A stretch of 31,163 bases of DNA from a virus (taxonomy: Duplodnaviria > Caudoviricetes): positions 1-31,163 of the IMG/VR virus record IMGVR_UViG_3300037276_000071; one strand, 5' to 3'. Each line of letters starts with the position of its first letter. Positions within the stretch are counted from its first letter, which is position 1. The notes beneath the pieces are model-generated. The model did no database searches. It had not been told where the DNA came from and was given only the letters and a program-made list of their open reading frames with translations. Positions 26,156 through 31,163 of this stretch are shown one piece after another. The translations under genes and the position numbers were made by a program.

Positions 26156-26239
26156 CCATTTAGAGAATATGCGCGAAATGGTATGCATATGGAATTTATT
26201 TCGTAAGACCTTAAGTGGTCATAATTAGTGGAGATGTAA

Positions 26240-26428
26240 ATGAGTAATGTAAATAACTGTAATACACCAATTTCTATTGAAGAGGTAATGAATAATAACT
26301 TTGATATTATTTGTCGTATGAAAACATATGTTGAATATGCAAAAGGGGATATGAATCTTCTTAATCAGTTCATAGATAGAGCAATAGAGCAAACTAAGAA
26401 GCGTATTTATTCAAGAAGAGAGGTGTAA
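26240..26428 (+). CDS. Hypothetical protein (62 aa)
   Basis: GGAG RBS; abuts the next gene. Confidence 0.65.
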   Translation: MSNVNNCNTPISIEEVMNNNFDIICRMKTYVEYAKGDMNLLNQFIDRAIEQTKKRIYSRREV

Positions 26429-26429
26429 A

Positions 26430-27275
26430 ATGGCGTTAAAAGCAAAAAAACCTGCAATGATTGAGTCAAGACTTAAAGCATTGTTTTATGGTTGTGCCGG
26501 TGTTGGTAAAACGATGGCTGCAATCCAATTCCCACGGCCTTATATCATTGACACCGAAGGTTCAACAAATAAGCCACAGTACGTCAGAGCAATTGAAGCT
26601 GTAGACGGCGCGGTTCTTATGACCGTTGATTTCGATGAAATGGTTAATGAAGTGCGAGAGCTTTTAACGACAAAGCATGAATATAAGACATTAGTTATAG
26701 ACTCGCTTACTCTGTTATATAACGATCTGTTAGAGAAAGCAGAGCGTAAGGTAGGCACTGAATTTGGCCGTCATTATGGCGAGGCAAATAAGCGCATGAA
26801 GCAACTTTTAAACTTGCTATTCCGTCTTGATATGAACGTCATCATAACGTCACACAGCAAGAACGAATATGGTGCAAATCTATCTGTATTAGGACAAACA
26901 TTTGATTGCTACAAGAAATTAGATTACCTTTTCGATCTGGTATTTGAAATTCAGAAGCGAGGAACACATAGAGTAGGGCTTGTTAAGAAGTCACGCATTG
27001 AAGCATTTCCAGATAGTGACAGCTTCCCATTCTCATACGAGGAGATTGCACAACGCTATGGCCGTCACATATTAGAGCGCGAAGCCGTTGCTCAGCAATT
27101 AGCTAGCCCAGAACAGGTTTCCGAAGTAGTTCGGCTGATTGATTTGTTAAAAGTTCCGCAAGAAACGTACCAAAAGTGGCTTGATAAAGCGAGTTCGGAA
27201 AAGTGGGAGGAAATGCCTATTGATGCAATAGAAAAATGCATCAATCATTTAACATCTAAAATCAAAGGAGAATGA
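26430..27275 (+). CDS. AAA_24 / Sak4-like ATPase (phage single-strand annealing protein)
   Basis: Walker A GCAGVGKT, 'IDTEGS', Walker B LVIDS, 'IITSH'; followed by an SSB-like gene. Confidence 0.78.
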   Translation: MALKAKKPAMIESRLKALFYGCAGVGKTMAAIQFPRPYIIDTEGSTNKPQYVRAIEAVDGAVLMTVDFDEMVNEVRELLTTKHEYKTLVIDSLTLLYNDLLEKAERKVGTEFGRHYGEANKRMKQLLNLLFRLDMNVIITSHSKNEYGANLSVLGQTFDCYKKLDYLFDLVFEIQKRGTHRVGLVKKSRIEAFPDSDSFPFSYEEIAQRYGRHILEREAVAQQLASPEQVSEVVRLIDLLKVPQETYQKWLDKASSEKWEEMPIDAIEKCINHLTSKIKGE

Positions 27276-27278
27276 TTT

Positions 27279-27764
27279 ATGTTTACATATCAAGTTTATA
27301 CAGAAGAAGAGGCAATTGAAGAACGATTCAATCTACTTAAAGAAGGCGAATATGATGCGGTGATCATATCGTCAGAAGATAGGGTTTCCTCTAGTGGTAA
27401 CCCTATGATGGCTATTATGTTGCAAGTTTTTGATGAAAATGGCAAAGCGCGTGACGTACGCGATTATCTAGTATTCACAAAAGGAATGGCCTGGAAAGTT
27501 ATTGATTTTGCAAATTCAGCCGGTGTTTCAAAACAATATGTAGAAGGCAAATTATGCTCTGAAATAGTAGTAGGGAATTGTGTTAGGGCTAAAATAAAAG
27601 TTCAAGAGGGTGACGAAATATCTCAAGATAAATTAAAAGGTAAACCGGATGGCAGTAAATACCCAAGCAAAAATGTAGTGGACTATTACATTAAGCGTTC
27701 AATAGTGATACAAAAAGAAAGTAAACCTGTCGATCAATTCAAGGATGACATTCTACCTTTTTAA
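27279..27764 (+). CDS. DUF669-like protein (probable single-stranded DNA-binding protein)
   Basis: 'LLKEGEYDAVI...SSSGNPMM' N-terminus and acidic-aromatic tail DDILPF. Confidence 0.72.
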   Translation: MFTYQVYTEEEAIEERFNLLKEGEYDAVIISSEDRVSSSGNPMMAIMLQVFDENGKARDVRDYLVFTKGMAWKVIDFANSAGVSKQYVEGKLCSEIVVGNCVRAKIKVQEGDEISQDKLKGKPDGSKYPSKNVVDYYIKRSIVIQKESKPVDQFKDDILPF

Positions 27765-27790
27765 TTATTGTATATATTAAGGATAATAAA

Positions 27791-28105
27791 ATGAAATTTA
27801 ATATTAAAAAATGGCGTGAGTTTTATGACAATACACAATATATAGGTAAAATGTTAAATGACGCACGTACAACAATAGATGACAATAAAGTGGTTCATCC
27901 TCCTATCTCATATCTAAATATTGATGTTAAATATTCGTTAGAAAATGACATTCAAGATATAACTAAAAAATGTAGTAGATACCTTGATGCTTGCGGCCTT
28001 TATATGCCAAGGGCATTATGGGGCTATGACCATGAAGACTCTACAACGTGGGCTTCTCATGAATCGTTTGCCTACAAACACCTGTTAAATCATCAAATAA
28101 AGTAA
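27791..28105 (+). CDS. Hypothetical protein (104 aa)
   Basis: AAGGA RBS. Confidence 0.7.
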   Translation: MKFNIKKWREFYDNTQYIGKMLNDARTTIDDNKVVHPPISYLNIDVKYSLENDIQDITKKCSRYLDACGLYMPRALWGYDHEDSTTWASHESFAYKHLLNHQIK

Positions 28106-28128
28106 TGCATCACGTGTTATATTTTATG

Positions 28129-28160
28129 GTTGCGACTAGAGAAGATATTCCAGTCGCAAC
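28129..28160. other. Intergenic hairpin
   Basis: GTTGCGACT (28129-28137) pairs with AGTCGCAAC (28152-28160); no plus-strand U tract. Confidence 0.6.
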
Positions 28161-28240
28161 AGATTAATAGTAGATTAGTTGATCACATGAGAATGTATTT
28201 ATAATCAAACACTTACTTTCAAAAAATGATAGGGAATCAC

Positions 28241-28615
28241 ATGAACTTCATAGAGGCAATGAATTGTTTAACATCTGGATCAAAAGTAACACGGTACCCA
28301 TGGAAAGAAACAGTTTATTTTTTAAAAGTAGGCGATGAAGTAAAGTCTTTTCAACCTGTCGTAGGACCTTATCTTTTTGATCAAGACATTATGATATCGG
28401 ATGGCTGGATTATATCAGGAGAAGAAGGAGAGCATAAATTTTCAAATACAATCCCTTATTTACAAAAAGGATGCGCAATAAAACGTAATGATTGGAATAA
28501 ATTAAACGTATCGCTAGACAGAGAAACAAAAACTCTTTTAATTACCTCCATTGAAATATCGCCCTATATTCCAACGTTTGAATCATTTTGTGCTATAGAC
28601 TGGATTGAATTATGA
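28241..28615 (+). CDS. Tandem DUF2829/Tad2-like two-domain protein
   Basis: Unit 1 'MNFIEAMNCLTSGSKVTRYPW...DIMISDGW'; unit 2 'KFSNTIPYLQKGCAIKRNDW...PTFESFCAIDW'. Confidence 0.65.
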   Translation: MNFIEAMNCLTSGSKVTRYPWKETVYFLKVGDEVKSFQPVVGPYLFDQDIMISDGWIISGEEGEHKFSNTIPYLQKGCAIKRNDWNKLNVSLDRETKTLLITSIEISPYIPTFESFCAIDWIEL

Positions 28616-28851
28616 GCGAAAATGATATGAATTTAGGATGTTTCAGGGATAAGACATACTGCGCCTCTCCACAATGCAAGAATGACTGTGGCCGGGATAT
28701 AATCCAAGAAATAAATCGTACATTACAAGATAGTAAATATTCACGCATCAGCTATGCCTATTTATGCGGGAAACCGTGCACACATGAATTTGAGTCAAGT
28801 TCATTTTTAGTTACTATTTGTACATTATGTGGAGAAATAAAAAATGAATGA
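28612..28851 (+). CDS. Cys-rich hypothetical protein (79 aa)
   Basis: 'CFRDKTYCASPQCKNDCGR' and 'CTH...CTLCGE'; ATGA coupling. Confidence 0.65.
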   Translation: MSENDMNLGCFRDKTYCASPQCKNDCGRDIIQEINRTLQDSKYSRISYAYLCGKPCTHEFESSSFLVTICTLCGEIKNE

Positions 28852-29041
28852 CAAAAAATAAATTTGCACACATAATCTGTTTATTGTAGGATGCGCAACC
28901 TTTGGACATAGGTATGCATTTATGCGATTTTATAACGTTGATGGTATTGAAGAAGACGTACAAGACCCCTCATTTTTTATTGATGAAGATTCATTAATTG
29001 ATCAAAAAGACGCAATTAATGAATTACTCGACTATTATTAA
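28844..29041 (+). pseudogene. Probable interrupted 65-codon gene
   Basis: GGAG RBS, MNDKK, TAA (28859-28861), then the same frame stays open for 59 codons (ICTHNLFIVG...ELLDYY). Confidence 0.45.
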
Positions 29042-29119
29042 CAATAATTTTACATTCATATTCACAACGCCAATCCAATTATTTTGCAATTCTTGCAATT
29101 GGCATTGCGAATATATTTA

Positions 29120-30730
29120 CTATTGATAATACTCCGTGACTATAATTTGCCCTGATCCACCATCGCCACCGTTCCAACCACCCACCCCAGCCACACCGCC
29201 CGAACCACTAGCGCCTACAGAATAAGAATATGTCGATAAAGGACTTGCGACAATTGCATTTAAATAAGCACCTGAAGAACCACAATTAGATGAAGTAAAC
29301 GTAGTACTGCCTGACGCGCCCGAACCACCTGATCCACTATTTGGAGCCGCCGAATTTCCAGCATATCCTGTAAATGCACCAGCACCTGCACCACCCAAAG
29401 CAGAAGAACCACCTGGAAATGATGACGGAGGGCCAGCAGATCCGGAAGAAAAACCGCTATTACCTTCCGCCCCATTTACCCCCCAACCATATGCTGGAGA
29501 ATTAATAGTAAATGAACCAGGACTACCACCATTAGGCATTCCTCCAGAACAGATTAAAAGTGATGAGCCGAATGTCGAATCTCCGCCAGAGGTACCACCT
29601 GTAGAGCCAGAACTACCTGACCCACTGCCTCCACCACCACCACCCACCATCTGAATACTAAGGTAAAGCACACCAGCTGGAGTAGTGTATGTTCCTTCTC
29701 CAGATAAAAACACCTGCATGGTGGGGGGGAGAGGGGAACCACTTCCGCCGACGAGTGCTATAGTTCCCGAGGCATCTGGAAAACTATAAGTTTGCGTTGC
29801 GTTCGTATCAGGGAACACAAAGTGCGAATTGTGCTGAATTTCCGTTCCTGAGTTAATCGCAAGAGAAACATTATCTCCAGGAACTGAAGTCTGGAGGATT
29901 ACGGCGGCATTCCCTTGTGATTGAATTAATATGGGAATGTCGGTATCAGCACCCGCAGATGAAATAATAGGGGATCCAACTTCTGATGCTGAATTACTTA
30001 TCTCTACGTAATTTACCGCACTAACTACAGGGTTTAACAATAAGATTTCATTTCCATCAACATCATTAATCTGTGCAATAATTGGGGTTGTAATTTCAGG
30101 TGAAGTAGACAATACAGGCAGTCCTGTTCCCGAGCCAGTCACTCCCGATACGGCAGTCCCATCAGTAGCATAATAAGCGATTTGGTTCATTAAACCAGAA
30201 TTAACAGTGCCCGAACCACTAGTAAGCGCTATTGTCCCTGATGCATCAGGCCACGTATAGGTGCGTGTAGCCTCCGTATCAGGAAAAACCATATTTGTTT
30301 GATGTTGTAACTCTGTTCCAGAATCAACTTGAATAGTAGTTCCTGTTCCGGTTACCGCACATTGAAAATATACACCGGCATTCCCTTTGGACGTCAAACC
30401 TATTGATATATTTGAATCCGTACCGGCTGAACTAATTAATGGATTGACACCTGTTGATGCGTTTGTTATTTCAATATAGTTAACAGAATCTGAAATAGCA
30501 TTAAATCCTAGCATTTCATTACCGTTTAAATCATAAATAGCAGTTGGGCCTTGGATGCCACCTGTCAATCCTGATAAGGAGGTAATATTTGAATTGTCGC
30601 CTGCTGTTGCAAATAAGCTAGAAAGTTGTGTCATGCTTTCTTTGTATGTTACTCCACTTTGAACAACGGCAAATATATCCGACATTTCTGGCGTAGTAAT
30701 TGACGGCAATAAACTTATTTTAATACCCAT
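29120..30730 (-). CDS. Tail fibre with two internal repeats and a Gly-rich C-terminal domain
   Basis: GGAGG RBS before MGIKISLLP; duplicated 'D.NGNE.L....VNY.EI.N...FPDT.AT.TY..PDASGTIAL'; C-terminal 'SGEGTYTTPAGV...VGGGGGGSG...GGSGQIIVTEY'. Confidence 0.82.
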   Translation of the reverse strand: MGIKISLLPSITTPEMSDIFAVVQSGVTYKESMTQLSSLFATAGDNSNITSLSGLTGGIQGPTAIYDLNGNEMLGFNAISDSVNYIEITNASTGVNPLISSAGTDSNISIGLTSKGNAGVYFQCAVTGTGTTIQVDSGTELQHQTNMVFPDTEATRTYTWPDASGTIALTSGSGTVNSGLMNQIAYYATDGTAVSGVTGSGTGLPVLSTSPEITTPIIAQINDVDGNEILLLNPVVSAVNYVEISNSASEVGSPIISSAGADTDIPILIQSQGNAAVILQTSVPGDNVSLAINSGTEIQHNSHFVFPDTNATQTYSFPDASGTIALVGGSGSPLPPTMQVFLSGEGTYTTPAGVLYLSIQMVGGGGGGSGSGSSGSTGGTSGGDSTFGSSLLICSGGMPNGGSPGSFTINSPAYGWGVNGAEGNSGFSSGSAGPPSSFPGGSSALGGAGAGAFTGYAGNSAAPNSGSGGSGASGSTTFTSSNCGSSGAYLNAIVASPLSTYSYSVGASGSGGVAGVGGWNGGDGGSGQIIVTEYYQ

Positions 30731-30743
30731 GATATACCTCCAA

Positions 30744-31163
30744 TTATCGAATCCTAACCGCACCTAATTGAACTTGAATTGACGGTGCTGTTGTAAATGT
30801 TGCGCTAGTTTCTAAGTAGACAGTTACTGAACTACCAACTGATATGAACAATCCTAGAGATTGAGACCGATAATCAGTGGACGCTAATGAATTTGTCATA
30901 ATAAATTGACCTAATCCGAATCCAGTGATACTTGGATCTAATGATGTAATAGATAATCCACCAAAAGCACTGGTAGTATCTATTGTGGGCTGTACTACAA
31001 CATACGCATTAACAAGCCAGTTTCCGGGTGTCAACTGCAGTCCTACTATGTTTTGCAAAACGCCCGATGCACTATAGGTTACATTTTCAAGCCCTGTTAG
31101 TGTCGGCTCTCCCACATAGCCAGTCGCTGCATAACTGCCATCAGTCACGCCAACAATCCCACC
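30744..31163 (-). CDS. Tail protein C-terminal part, partial (enters from the right edge)
   Basis: Frame open to base 31163; 'GGIVGVTDGSYAATGYVGE...LTPGNWLV...AVRIR' is a recurrent phage tail C-terminal pattern. Confidence 0.75.
   Translation of the reverse strand, partial: GGIVGVTDGSYAATGYVGEPTLTGLENVTYSASGVLQNIVGLQLTPGNWLVNAYVVVQPTIDTTSAFGGLSITSLDPSITGFGLGQFIMTNSLASTDYRSQSLGLFISVGSSVTVYLETSATFTTAPSIQVQLGAVRIR

Noticed and set aside
15079-28861. TAA reassignment (alternative genetic code) suggested by two in-frame TAA codons
   Set aside because: Core genes such as terL, coat and the gp10-like gene end normally at TAA and are uninterrupted; no suppressor tRNA is visible.
29064-29112. Bidirectional terminator at the convergence point
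   Set aside because: Only short imperfect inverted repeats (GCCAAT/ATTGGC) without a clear U tract.
29120-30730. Diversity-generating retroelement acting on tail fibres
   Set aside because: No reverse transcriptase and no near-identical template/variable repeat pair; the repeats are old protein-level duplications.
31140-31163. Direct circular join of base 31163 to base 1 into one tail gene
   Set aside because: The join is out of frame and reaches TGA within 7 codons, and no terminal repeat is visible, so sequence is missing between the ends.

Overview
AT-rich, near-complete genome of a P22-like (podovirus-type) tailed phage, with both window ends falling inside minus-strand tail genes. The minus strand (about 24100 to 1) carries a lambda O/P-like replication pair, a VRR-NUC nuclease, an M15 endolysin and candidate holin, a ParB-methyltransferase, small and large terminase, portal, scaffold, P22-type coat, gp4-like and gp10-like tail proteins, three ejection proteins and tail fibres. 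The plus strand (24257-29041) is an early operon with a ribbon-helix-helix regulator, an AAA_24/Sak4-like ATPase, a DUF669-like protein and many small ORFs. No integrase, CI/Cro pair, tRNA or CRISPR array is visible. The most notable signals are: (1) a plasmid-style antisense RNA, leader peptide and possible pseudoknot in front of the replication initiator; (2) an Sm-fold-like gene followed by three translationally coupled Gly/Tyr/Ser-rich peptides with a shared MxxELYN leader, inserted between terminase and portal; (3) recurrent hairpins presenting A(N)GGA at ribosome-binding sites, resembling CsrA/RsmA sites; (4) three Tad2/DUF2829-like domains; (5) a 39-aa gene with its own promoter at the position of P22 sieA. 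All family assignments come from motif recognition by eye and need database confirmation.
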